Shown here piece by piece: positions 28,227-36,409 of a stretch of 64,000 nucleotides of DNA. The notes below the pieces were generated by a model. It saw nothing but the letters and a program-made list of their open reading frames with translations. It ran no database searches and had not been told where the DNA came from. A program made the translations under genes and the position numbers. Location: NCBI GenBank assembly GCA_021836865.1, contig JAKBHH010000004.1:15700-79699 (forward strand), in the 5' to 3' direction. This stretch comes from Acidobacteriota bacterium (GTDB taxonomy: Bacteria > Acidobacteriota > Terriglobia > Terriglobales > Acidobacteriaceae). Numbering within the stretch: the first letter of the stretch is position 1; each line of letters begins with the position of its first letter.

Positions 28227-29870
28227 ATGGCTGACACAACGATCGTTGTACTGCCCACCGGGCCTGCCCCGGGCAGTGACGAAGAGCGCGAAGCGGCTGA
28301 AGCGATGGCGCGGCGCTATCGCGCGGAGTTTGTGGACCTGAAGAACTTCAAGATTCAGCACGAACTTCTGCGCACGGTGCCCGTCGAGCTGATGTTCCGC
28401 TACAACTTCGTACCCATCGAGCAGGTGGGCGACGCGCTGGCCATCGCCGTCAGCGACCCCTCGCGCCTCATGGTCCTCGATGAGATAGCCGGGCTGCTCG
28501 GCAGCCGCATCCTGCCCCGCGTGGCCACCCTCTCGCAGATTACCGACCTGCTGAAGAAGACCGAGCAGTCGCAGCGCGTCCTCGACGAGGCCAGCGAAGG
28601 GCTCACCTTTGACGTGCTCAACGGCGAAGAAAATGCGGACGAAAACATCTCCATCGAGAAGCTCACCAGCGATGAGGACATCAGTCCGATCATCCGCCTC
28701 GTCGACACCACGATCTTCACCGCTCTCGAGCGCCGCGCATCCGACATTCACATTGAGACCTACGACGACTCGCTGCATGTCAAGTACCGCATCGACGGCG
28801 TGTTGCAGGAGGCAATGGCGCCCATCGCGCGCGAGCATCACACCACCATCCTGAGCCGCATCAAGATCATGAGCGAGCTCGACATTGCCGAGCGTCGCGT
28901 GCCGCAGGACGGCCGCTTCCGTGTCCGCTACAAGGGCCGCCTCATCGACTTCCGCGTCTCCATCATGCCCACCGTGCATGGCGAAAACGCCGTGCTCCGC
29001 GTGCTCGATAAGGAATCGATGAGCGAGAAGTTCCGCAACCTCACTCTCGACGTGGTGGGCTTTGCGGACGAGGACCTGCGCCGCTTCCGCCGCTATATTC
29101 GCGAGCCCTACGGCATGGTCCTGGTCACCGGCCCCACCGGCTCCGGTAAAACCACTACCCTCTACGCTGCGCTCAACGAGATCAAAAGCGACGAAGACAA
29201 AATCATCACTATTGAAGATCCGGTCGAGTACCAGATTCGCGGCATCACGCAAATTCCCGTCAATGAGAAAAAGGGCCTCACCTTCGCGCGCGGCCTGCGC
29301 TCCATTCTGCGCCACGACCCCGACAAGATTCTCGTCGGCGAAATTCGGGATCAGGAGACCGCGCAGATCGCCATCAACTCCGCGCTCACCGGGCACCTGG
29401 TCTTCACCACCGTGCACGCCAACAACGTGGTCGACGTGCTCGGGCGCTTTCTCAACATGGGCGTCGAGGCCTACAACTTCGTCTCCGCGCTCAACTGCAT
29501 CCTCGCCCAGCGGCTGGTCCGCACCATCTGCGAGCACTGCGTCCAGACCGTGCATTACCCCGACGACATCCTGTTGTCGAGCGGCATGGACCCTGCCGAG
29601 TGGCGCGGCTTTGACTTTCATGAGGGCGCGGGCTGCATCGAGTGCGGCGGCACCGGTTACCGCGGCCGAACCGCCATCCACGAGCTGCTGGACTTGACCG
29701 ACCCGATTCGCGAGTTGATTCTGGAGAAGAAGCCCACCTCTGAGGTGCGTAAGCTGGCGCAGAAGGAGGGCATGAGCTTCCTGCGCGAGTCGGCGCTGGA
29801 CCGTGTCCGTCGCGGCCTCACCACGCTGAAGGAGATCAACAAGGTGACATTCATCGAGGCGTCACGCTAG
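28227..29870 (+). CDS. pilB: type IV pilus / type II secretion assembly ATPase (PilB/GspE family)
   Basis: N-terminal T2SSE_N-type domain, Walker A 'GPTGSGKTT', 'ITIEDPVE', His box 'TGHLVFTTVHAN' and Zn tetracysteine 'CEHC...CIECGGTGYRGR'. Confidence 0.9.
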   Translation: MADTTIVVLPTGPAPGSDEEREAAEAMARRYRAEFVDLKNFKIQHELLRTVPVELMFRYNFVPIEQVGDALAIAVSDPSRLMVLDEIAGLLGSRILPRVATLSQITDLLKKTEQSQRVLDEASEGLTFDVLNGEENADENISIEKLTSDEDISPIIRLVDTTIFTALERRASDIHIETYDDSLHVKYRIDGVLQEAMAPIAREHHTTILSRIKIMSELDIAERRVPQDGRFRVRYKGRLIDFRVSIMPTVHGENAVLRVLDKESMSEKFRNLTLDVVGFADEDLRRFRRYIREPYGMVLVTGPTGSGKTTTLYAALNEIKSDEDKIITIEDPVEYQIRGITQIPVNEKKGLTFARGLRSILRHDPDKILVGEIRDQETAQIAINSALTGHLVFTTVHANNVVDVLGRFLNMGVEAYNFVSALNCILAQRLVRTICEHCVQTVHYPDDILLSSGMDPAEWRGFDFHEGAGCIECGGTGYRGRTAIHELLDLTDPIRELILEKKPTSEVRKLAQKEGMSFLRESALDRVRRGLTTLKEINKVTFIEASR

Positions 29871-30781
29871 TGCCTTTGATTCCACGCAAATCGCTCTCGC
29901 AACCCGCCGGACGGCCGCCCGCGGCGGTGGAGCTGACGCCCCAGTGCGTTCTAGCCGCGGCCTTGCCCGGTGGCGGCGCTGCCGCCGTGGTTGCTTTTGA
30001 GCCTCTGCCCGCCGGAGCCCTCACGCCTGGGATCAACAGCGTAAATTTCGCGGCTCCCGACGCAGTGGCTGCCGCAATCCGCAAAGCTCTCGATCAGGTG
30101 GAGCCCCGCAAGCGCTCCATCTCCGTGATTCTGCCTGACACCTCCGTCCGCGTCTTCGTCCTCGACTTCGATTCCCTGCCCGCCAAGCCGGCAGACGCGA
30201 TCGCCGTGCTGCGCTTCAGGCTGCGCAAAATGGTGCCGTTCGACGTGGAGCATGCAGGCGTTAGTTACCAGACCCTTGCGCAAGATAAAGCCGGTTGTCG
30301 CGTACTGGCCGCGATTATTCCAGCGCCGATCCTCGCGGAGTATGAGGCGGCGGTGCATGCGGCCGGGTATGAGCCCGGAGCCATACTCCCTGCCAGTCTG
30401 GCCGCGCTGGCTACCGTGGACGCTGCCGAGCCGGTGCTGGCTGCCTGCCTCAATGAAGAGTCCCTCACTACCGCGATTGCCCACCGGCACGATCTGCTGC
30501 TGTATCGCACCATAGAGCTGCCCGCGGAGCCTGGCCTCCGCCTTGCTGAGGTCCAGCGCGACATTGCCGTCGCGGCCGCCTACTTTGAAGACAAGCTCTC
30601 CATGCGTCCCACGAGCCTGCGCTATGCCGGGCGCGGCACGGCCGGCGATTTTGCGCGCTGGATCGGCGAAGCGGAGATGATCGTTGTGGAACTTGCGCCG
30701 CGGCCGGAGACCGGAGCAGCCACGGCCCTCGGCAATGTGAGCCTGTCCGGCGTGACCGGCGCGCTGGCGGGGGTGGCATAG
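29870..30781 (+). CDS. PilM/GspL-cytoplasmic-domain-like pilus assembly protein
   Basis: 303 aa with no TM. GTG start overlaps the pilB stop (TAGTG). Its position before a PilN-like gene and its two-lobed actin-like layout ('VILPDTSVRVFVLDF', 'AILPASLAAL') support the call, which is by context plus weak similarity. Confidence 0.5.
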   Translation: MPLIPRKSLSQPAGRPPAAVELTPQCVLAAALPGGGAAAVVAFEPLPAGALTPGINSVNFAAPDAVAAAIRKALDQVEPRKRSISVILPDTSVRVFVLDFDSLPAKPADAIAVLRFRLRKMVPFDVEHAGVSYQTLAQDKAGCRVLAAIIPAPILAEYEAAVHAAGYEPGAILPASLAALATVDAAEPVLAACLNEESLTTAIAHRHDLLLYRTIELPAEPGLRLAEVQRDIAVAAAYFEDKLSMRPTSLRYAGRGTAGDFARWIGEAEMIVVELAPRPETGAATALGNVSLSGVTGALAGVA

Positions 30782-30785
30782 CACC

Positions 30786-31550
30786 ATGCGCATCGGGATC
30801 AATCTCGCCACTCGGCCCTTCGCTGACCTGGGCCCGATTCTCAAGCGCCTCCGCATTACCATGGGATTGCTCGCGCTCACGGCCATCCTGTTCGGATTCG
30901 GTCTGCACGCCATTCATCACAAGGCCGAATTGGCCCGCGCGCGCGATCATTCCCTCGATGGAAGAATTGCGGGCATACGCAACGAGCGGCAGGGCTATCA
31001 GGCCATCATGCGCCAGCCGGATAACGCCCAGACCATGGCCCAGGTCGCGCGCCTCAACAAGCTCTTTGATGAAAAGGCATTCTCCTGGACACTGGCCATG
31101 GAGGATCTGGAGACCGTGCTGCCTGGCGGCGTTCAGGTCACCACGCTTGAACCGGCACGCGCTCCCGATGGGATCATCACCTTGAAGCTTCGCGTCGTCG
31201 GCCCGCGCGATCGCGCCATTGAGCTGGTGCAGAACCTTGAACACTCGCGCCACTTTGTCGCAGCGCGCATTGTAGGAGAAAGCGCGGAAGCCAACGGCGG
31301 TCCCAGCGAACGGGCGCAACCCGTCAGCGCCTCCAGCCGCGTAAACTTCGATCTGCTCGCCGACTACAATCCTCCCTCCACCGGCATGAAGGAGCCGGGC
31401 AAGGTCAATCCCGCAAACAACGGCGCAGGCGCTGAACCCGGCGCGGCCAACGCCTCTGCGGCAGCAGGACCGGGAAAGCGGCGCATGCCGTACCTTGTAT
31501 CGCCCAGACCAAAGGCTCCCGTACAGCCGCACAAGGGGGTGGCGCAATGA
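30786..31550 (+). CDS. PilN-like pilus assembly protein
   Basis: Starts 'MRIGINLATRPF', followed by a single TM ('ITMGLLALTAILFGFGL'), a coiled coil and a periplasmic domain. This is the typical PilN/fimbrial-assembly layout. Confidence 0.6.
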   Translation: MRIGINLATRPFADLGPILKRLRITMGLLALTAILFGFGLHAIHHKAELARARDHSLDGRIAGIRNERQGYQAIMRQPDNAQTMAQVARLNKLFDEKAFSWTLAMEDLETVLPGGVQVTTLEPARAPDGIITLKLRVVGPRDRAIELVQNLEHSRHFVAARIVGESAEANGGPSERAQPVSASSRVNFDLLADYNPPSTGMKEPGKVNPANNGAGAEPGAANASAAAGPGKRRMPYLVSPRPKAPVQPHKGVAQ

Positions 31551-32185
31551 AGAGGATGACCGCCGCTCAGGCACGCGAAGCTCTCAGCTCGCCGCTCACC
31601 TGGCATATTGCCGGGGTAGCCGTTCTCGCCATCGTCGTCATCGTCCTGGGCACGCGCCTCGGCATCGACTGGTCGGCCACTGACAGCAGTTCCACCAGCG
31701 CGCTGGCCAACAAGCAGATGGAGCTGAAGGCGCTGGAGCTGGAGACTTCTTCTCTGCGCGGCGTAGATAAGCGCGTGGCAAAATCGCGCGCCCTCATCAA
31801 GATCTTCTATGCCAGGCGCATCCCCGCCAACTATTCCTCCATCGCTACGCGGATCGGAGCGCTGCAGGTTGCCTCCGGCGTGCAACTCTCGCGCGTGCAA
31901 TATGCGCAGGGCCCGCCCGGCACTGACCTCACCGAGATCACTATGGACGCTGGAATCAGCGGGGCCTATCCGCAAATCATGCGCTTCGTCAACAGCCTGG
32001 AGCGCGACCAGACGTTCTTCGTCGTCCGCGCCATGGCGCTCACCGGCCAGCAGGGTGGCCTCGTCAATCTGCGCCTGCGCGTCTCCACCTGGCTGCGGCC
32101 GGCCGATGCGGCCAGCAGCGGCCTGCCCACTACACAGGATGAAACCCAAAGCGCGCCCTCCACCGGCGGCAAGGAGGGCGAATAG
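31547..32185 (+). CDS. PilO/GspM-like pilus assembly protein
   Basis: ATGA overlap with the PilN-like gene. One TM ('[16 protein letters not shown]'), a coiled coil ('[13 protein letters not shown]') and a ferredoxin-like periplasmic part ('[22 protein letters not shown]'). Confidence 0.5.
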   Translation: MKRMTAAQAREALSSPLTWHIAGVAVLAIVVIVLGTRLGIDWSATDSSSTSALANKQMELKALELETSSLRGVDKRVAKSRALIKIFYARRIPANYSSIATRIGALQVASGVQLSRVQYAQGPPGTDLTEITMDAGISGAYPQIMRFVNSLERDQTFFVVRAMALTGQQGGLVNLRLRVSTWLRPADAASSGLPTTQDETQSAPSTGGKEGE

Positions 32186-32187
32186 CC

Positions 32188-32790
32188 ATGGCCCTCAAGC
32201 TGGGAACCGAAAACAAGCGCCAGGTCTATTTCCTCGCCGCGCTGGTGGCAGTTATCGCAGTCGTGGGCGTGTGGGAGTTGTCCGATTCCTTCGGCGGCAG
32301 CCCTGCTCCCGCGCCTCCGGCAAGCCCCGCAGCCATGCGGACCGCGCAGGCGGGACGCGCAGCCGCCTCCGCCCCTGAAGCCGTCAAACTCACTGACAAC
32401 AGCATGGACCCCACCCTCCACATGGAAAAGCTGGCGCTCAGTGAAGACGTGGTCTACGCAGGAACGGGGCGCAATATCTTCTCCGCGGATTCGGCGCCGG
32501 TCGCGATTGAGGCGCCGGTCAAGAGTGCGCGGGCCGTCAGCTCAGCGCCCGTCGTGACGGTGCCGGAGCCGCCGCGCCCCCCCGCCATCGACCTCAAATA
32601 TTTTGGCTACAGCCAGGCCGGCGACAAGTCGCTCAAGGCCTTCCTGGTCCATGGCGATGACATCTTTGTCGCCCGCCCAGGCGACGTGGTCGATCACCGG
32701 TACAAGGTGGGCGCCATCCTGCCGGGCAGCGTTCAGATCACTGACCTGGGCTATGACAACACGCAGACCCTCCCCCTCACGGTGAACTAG
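32188..32790 (+). CDS. PilP/GspC-like periplasmic protein
   Basis: One N-terminal TM, a Pro/Ala-rich linker and a C-terminal small beta domain ('[42 protein letters not shown]'). It occupies the PilP position in a pilMNOP-like series. Confidence 0.4.
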   Translation: MALKLGTENKRQVYFLAALVAVIAVVGVWELSDSFGGSPAPAPPASPAAMRTAQAGRAAASAPEAVKLTDNSMDPTLHMEKLALSEDVVYAGTGRNIFSADSAPVAIEAPVKSARAVSSAPVVTVPEPPRPPAIDLKYFGYSQAGDKSLKAFLVHGDDIFVARPGDVVDHRYKVGAILPGSVQITDLGYDNTQTLPLTVN

Positions 32791-32826
32791 CTGGAGGGCT
32801 CAGGGTTTGAATTCCCACAGAGGACG

Positions 32827-33807
32827 ATGAAAACCGCACCGATTCACCGCCGCAAGCCCGAAGAAGATGGCTACCTGCTGATCGCCGTCATCTTCATGCT
32901 CGCGATTGTCATTCTCACCCTGGCCGTCGCTGCGCCCCGCGTGCGCGCAGACCTGCAGCGTGACCGGGATTTGGAAACGATGCAACGCGGCCAGCAGTAT
33001 GTGCGCGCCATCAAGCTCTACTACGCCAAGTTCGGCTCCTACCCTCCCAACATCGACGCGCTGGTGAAGACCAACGAGATTCGCTTCCTGCGCAGGCGGT
33101 ATCTTGACCCCACAACCGGCAAGGACGATTGGAAGCCCGTTCCCGTCGGGCAGAACAAGACCCCCATCATGGGATTCTTTGGCCAGCCCCTGGCCGGTGC
33201 GGGCTCGCCCATCGGTGGCACAGGCCCCGGCGGCGTCACCGGAGCCACCCCAGCCTCCAGTGCCTTCGGCAGTTCAGACACCAGCGGCTCAGGATCTGCG
33301 CTTGGTTCCAGCAATACCGCTGGCGGACAGGCGGGGGGTTCGGGGTTCAGCCTCGGCTCCGGCGTTGGCTCGCCCGGCGGGAGTCCTGCTGGCGGCAGCA
33401 CCTTCGGCAGCAGTCCCGGCGCCAGCTCAGCGACTGGCAGCACCAGCGGGTCACCCACTGACGCAGGCGGCAGCGCCTTTGGCGGGCAAACCTTCGGCGG
33501 AGCGGGCTTGATGGGTGTTTCCCCCATGAGCCCAAAGCAGTCCATCTATGTTTACAAGAAAAAGAACCACTACAACGAGTGGGAGTTCCTCTACAGCCCC
33601 CTGCAGGACCAGATGATGACCGGGGGTGGCAACACTGGCGCCATTGGCCAGCCAGCCGGCGGAGCCCCTACCGGATTTGGTGCGGCCGGACCTGGCACAG
33701 GTGCCCAGTCGGGCAGCGGTTTCAGCCTTGGCGGCATCTCGCCCACAACGCCGGGAGCGCCATCCTCTCCAACACCACAGCCCTCACCATCGCCGTCTCC
33801 TCAGTGA
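32827..33807 (+). CDS. GspG-like pseudopilin-domain protein with Gly/Ser-rich low-complexity inserts
   Basis: N-terminal 'EEDGYLLIAVIFMLAIVILTLAVA' is prepilin-like but has Ala instead of Glu at +5. 'RGQQYVRAIKLYYAKFGSYPPNIDALV...FLRRRYLDPTTGKDDW' matches the GspG C-domain pattern. It is then interrupted and extended by long G/S/T/A/P tracts. Confidence 0.55.
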   Translation: MKTAPIHRRKPEEDGYLLIAVIFMLAIVILTLAVAAPRVRADLQRDRDLETMQRGQQYVRAIKLYYAKFGSYPPNIDALVKTNEIRFLRRRYLDPTTGKDDWKPVPVGQNKTPIMGFFGQPLAGAGSPIGGTGPGGVTGATPASSAFGSSDTSGSGSALGSSNTAGGQAGGSGFSLGSGVGSPGGSPAGGSTFGSSPGASSATGSTSGSPTDAGGSAFGGQTFGGAGLMGVSPMSPKQSIYVYKKKNHYNEWEFLYSPLQDQMMTGGGNTGAIGQPAGGAPTGFGAAGPGTGAQSGSGFSLGGISPTTPGAPSSPTPQPSPSPSPQ

Positions 33808-33889
33808 GCTTGGCAAAGGGCCTGCCGTAGCACTTCCTGCGTCCGGTTCGAACCTCCGTTGCCCTTGACGCTTGCCCCATCGCACAAAA

Positions 33890-33917
33890 GGCCTGTTTCC
33901 ACAAAAGGAAACAGGCC
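33890..33917. terminator. bidirectional rho-independent terminator
   Basis: Perfect 11-bp stem GGCCTGTTTCC-ACAAAA-GGAAACAGGCC, flanked by CACAAAA upstream and TTCTTC downstream. It lies between the convergent GspG-like gene and erpA. Confidence 0.7.
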
Positions 33918-33985
33918 TTCTTCATCAAATCGCACCCGCAACATGCGCGGCTTGCCGCTGCGCGGAGAACTTTACGCGCTCGACC

Positions 33986-34357
33986 TTATACGCTGAAGGA
34001 TGAGCCGCAGCCGCAGGTCGACTTCACCTGGGGATTCTCGAATTTGAAACCGGCAGCCTCAAGCGTCTCGACATAATCCACCGTGCAGCCATTTAGATAC
34101 ATCAGCGAAGTGGCGTCAACAAAGACCTTCAGGTCATCAAAGCTGAAGGTCTTGTCCATCATCCCGCTCTGGTTCTCAAACGCCATGGAGTACTGGAAGC
34201 CCGAGCAGCCTCCGCCCACCACACCGATGCGCAGACCGGCGGGAATTGGATCCTGCGTCGCCATGATTTCACGCACCTTGGCGATGGCCTGGGGGGTGAG
34301 GTTCAGCGGGGCCTGCTTGGTAGCTTCCTGCGTGGGTGCAACTGCGGTTGAGGACAT
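33986..34357 (-). CDS. erpA: iron-sulfur cluster insertion protein (IscA/ErpA/HesB family)
   Basis: Contains 'GLRIGVVGGGCSGFQY', 'DGCTVDY' and the C-terminal 'CGCGSSFSV'. Confidence 0.9.
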   Translation of the reverse strand: MSSTAVAPTQEATKQAPLNLTPQAIAKVREIMATQDPIPAGLRIGVVGGGCSGFQYSMAFENQSGMMDKTFSFDDLKVFVDATSLMYLNGCTVDYVETLEAAGFKFENPQVKSTCGCGSSFSV

Positions 34358-34578
34358 GATCTCTCCCTTTGGTTGGACGCTTACGCCCAGTCTTAACTCT
34401 ACTGCGAGTGAACCCCGGTTTCAAGACCCAAGCTCGCTTTCGTTCCGTTGGATGCAACAGGAAGCCTGAAAGTCGCGGGGATGTCGCCCAAACGAGGTCA
34501 GCCAACCTGAACGACGGCGTCAACTGGCTGTGATCTGCTCCCGGCCGCGTCCCTCCGTTACCTTGCCCCGGCAACAAG

Positions 34579-34594
34579 TGTGATTTTTGTCACC
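34579..34594. promoter_or_regulatory. CRP-family operator-like palindrome
   Basis: TGTGA-TTTTTG-TCACC matches 9 of 10 positions of TGTGA-N6-TCACA. It lies 116 nt upstream of the 34710 ATG, in an AT-richer spacer. Confidence 0.35.
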
Positions 34595-34709
34595 ACAGGC
34601 ATCTGCGTTCGGGGCTATTATGGTCAGCCGTACGGCCCCTCTACTTACGAGACCGCGGAAACCACGGCCCGCCTGTATCTGGGACCAGACAGACATTCGG
34701 AGGTGAAAT

Positions 34710-34982
34710 ATGACGTTCGTTCCCGTAATGTGGTCAGTCTGGATTGTGTTGGTGGTCATTTTGGCCGCACTCTACGTGTACCGTTCAAGCCTGACAAAGG
34801 ACGAGGAGGACCAGATTTTCCTCGACGACTCGTTTGACCACGAAAAAAATGCCCAGGCCGCGATTGTGGCCAAAGTCAACAAGATACAGCCCTATGTCAG
34901 AGTTTTCTTGTGGCTCGTTGGCATCTCCACAATCTTTGTGATCGGGTATTACCTGATGGATTTTGCAAGACAATTCAAATAG
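34710..34982 (+). CDS. small two-TM membrane protein, hypothetical
   Basis: 90 aa. GGAGGTG SD lies 4 nt before the ATG. Two hydrophobic helices ('VMWSVWIVLVVILAALYVY', 'VFLWLVGISTIFVIGYYL') are separated by an acidic loop. Confidence 0.6.
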   Translation: MTFVPVMWSVWIVLVVILAALYVYRSSLTKDEEDQIFLDDSFDHEKNAQAAIVAKVNKIQPYVRVFLWLVGISTIFVIGYYLMDFARQFK

Positions 34983-35059
34983 GGCCTGATTCTCCCGGAA
35001 GACTGCCTGGGCTGGCGGTGTCAATTTGAACCACCCCAGCCCGGTCTTCCACGGTCCCG

Positions 35060-36259
35060 CTACTCGACTTCCTGACGGGCGCGGTAGCCATCGCGCGCAA
35101 TAATCTCGTACTTCAGCGGCTTGTGCTTTTCATCCTGCATCCGCAGCGGATGCCCCTCGTCGTCCACAAGCTCAACATGCAGCTTGCGATAGGTTCCGTC
35201 CTGCTTGGGATCGCTGGGCCGGTACACAAGTTCGTACTTCGAGCGTATCGCCTGGTTGATCGCCGCAAAATCGTCCGGGAGCTCGCCGACAAACCGCGGC
35301 TCAAACCACATGCCGCCTGTCAACTTGGCAAAGGTTTTCATCTGGTTGTCGGCCTGCAGGTAGTCGATATCCCTCATTTGCTGCCGAAAGCCCGGACCGC
35401 CCTCGGTCATCGCGCGAATCGCTCCGCCCGTCGAGATGCTGAAAATAGTGATATCCGGAGTGGTTCTCACCTTCTTCAAAATCTGGTCGAGTGTCAGCTT
35501 TGAAAACGTATCGCGACCTGACGCGATCAGAACAATGTACTTGTGCCCATCGATGCGGCTCAGCCGATCTTCCGCCTCTGAGAGCGCATCAAAAAGATTT
35601 CGCTCGTCAAATCCGGGAATGATCAGCGTATTAATCGCATTGAATATTTGCCGCTTGTCCTGGGTAAAATCCGTCACAACCTGGGTGTGCAGGTCAAAGG
35701 TCATCAGGGCCACATAGTCCTGCGGGCGCAGGGACTGCGCAAACGACCAGGCCGCATTCTGCATGTCATACACAAACCAGTAATTGGTAGAAGCAAACTC
35801 CACCAGCATTAGAGCCGTGATAGGCGCTTCCACCCGCTTGAAGCCGATCACTTTCTGTTCCACGCCGTTCTCATAGACGCGGAAGTTTGTCGGCTTCAGC
35901 CCTGGCACAAACTGCCCCGTCTTCTCCAGCAGAACACCCACGTCCACCGTGACCTCGGGAACGTCCACGCGCAGGGAATAGTTGTTCAGCTCAGGCGGAT
36001 TCACGACCTTGGGCGCCACTGGCGCCGGAGGCGGCGTCTCCGCCGGCTTGCTCTTCTTCGGCACCGCAATCACGCCGGTGTCGCCTGTTGGTCCGCCGGC
36101 CTCCGGCGCATTCTGGTCGGAGGGCTGTTGCGCCGGCGGTTGCGTTGGAGCCTGGTTCTGCGCCTTGCCCAGGGGAGCGCTTGCGATTGATAGAAGAAGC
36201 AGAAGTACAAGCGATAAGTTCCTGCGCAAAGCAGGCAGAGACAGCCGCATAGTGACCAT
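35060..36259 (-). CDS. secreted VWA-domain protein (acidobacterial VWFA-related type), paralogue of 22276..23208
   Basis: Signal peptide 'MVTMRLSLPALRRNLSLVLLLLLSIASAPLGKAQ', a Pro-rich linker, 'FRVYENGVEQKV', a VWA core ('YIVLIASGRDT') and the C-terminal 'YRKLHVEL...YRARQ'. Confidence 0.75.
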   Translation of the reverse strand: MVTMRLSLPALRRNLSLVLLLLLSIASAPLGKAQNQAPTQPPAQQPSDQNAPEAGGPTGDTGVIAVPKKSKPAETPPPAPVAPKVVNPPELNNYSLRVDVPEVTVDVGVLLEKTGQFVPGLKPTNFRVYENGVEQKVIGFKRVEAPITALMLVEFASTNYWFVYDMQNAAWSFAQSLRPQDYVALMTFDLHTQVVTDFTQDKRQIFNAINTLIIPGFDERNLFDALSEAEDRLSRIDGHKYIVLIASGRDTFSKLTLDQILKKVRTTPDITIFSISTGGAIRAMTEGGPGFRQQMRDIDYLQADNQMKTFAKLTGGMWFEPRFVGELPDDFAAINQAIRSKYELVYRPSDPKQDGTYRKLHVELVDDEGHPLRMQDEKHKPLKYEIIARDGYRARQEVE

Positions 36260-36409
36260 AACAACCTCTGTGCTGAAGACAGCATACGGGATCAACCAGA
36301 GCAGGCGGCAAGCCCGCCCGTGCCGCATTCCACCGCCATGGGGAAAGTTCTTCAGCCTGCCGAAAACGGCACTCGGACCAGCCGCGCCCTCGGTTGTACT
36401 CTTATAGAC

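Noticed and set aside
27816-29681. 621-aa minus-strand ORF opposite pilC/pilB
   Set aside because: It is antisense to the PilB ATPase, whose Walker, His-box and Zn motifs are unambiguous. The product is Gly/Asp/Ala/His-rich.
33190-33780. Repetitive-looking GGC/AGC/GGT-rich DNA considered as a tandem repeat or array
   Set aside because: There is no exact repeating unit or spacer structure. It is the low-complexity Gly/Ser-rich coding region of the GspG-like gene.
33840-33862. tRNA-like 'GGTTCGAACC' T-loop-like string
   Set aside because: The flanking bases do not form a 5-bp T-stem (tccgg/ctccg and gtccg/cctcc are not complementary). No acceptor or anticodon arms can be drawn, so it is not a tRNA.
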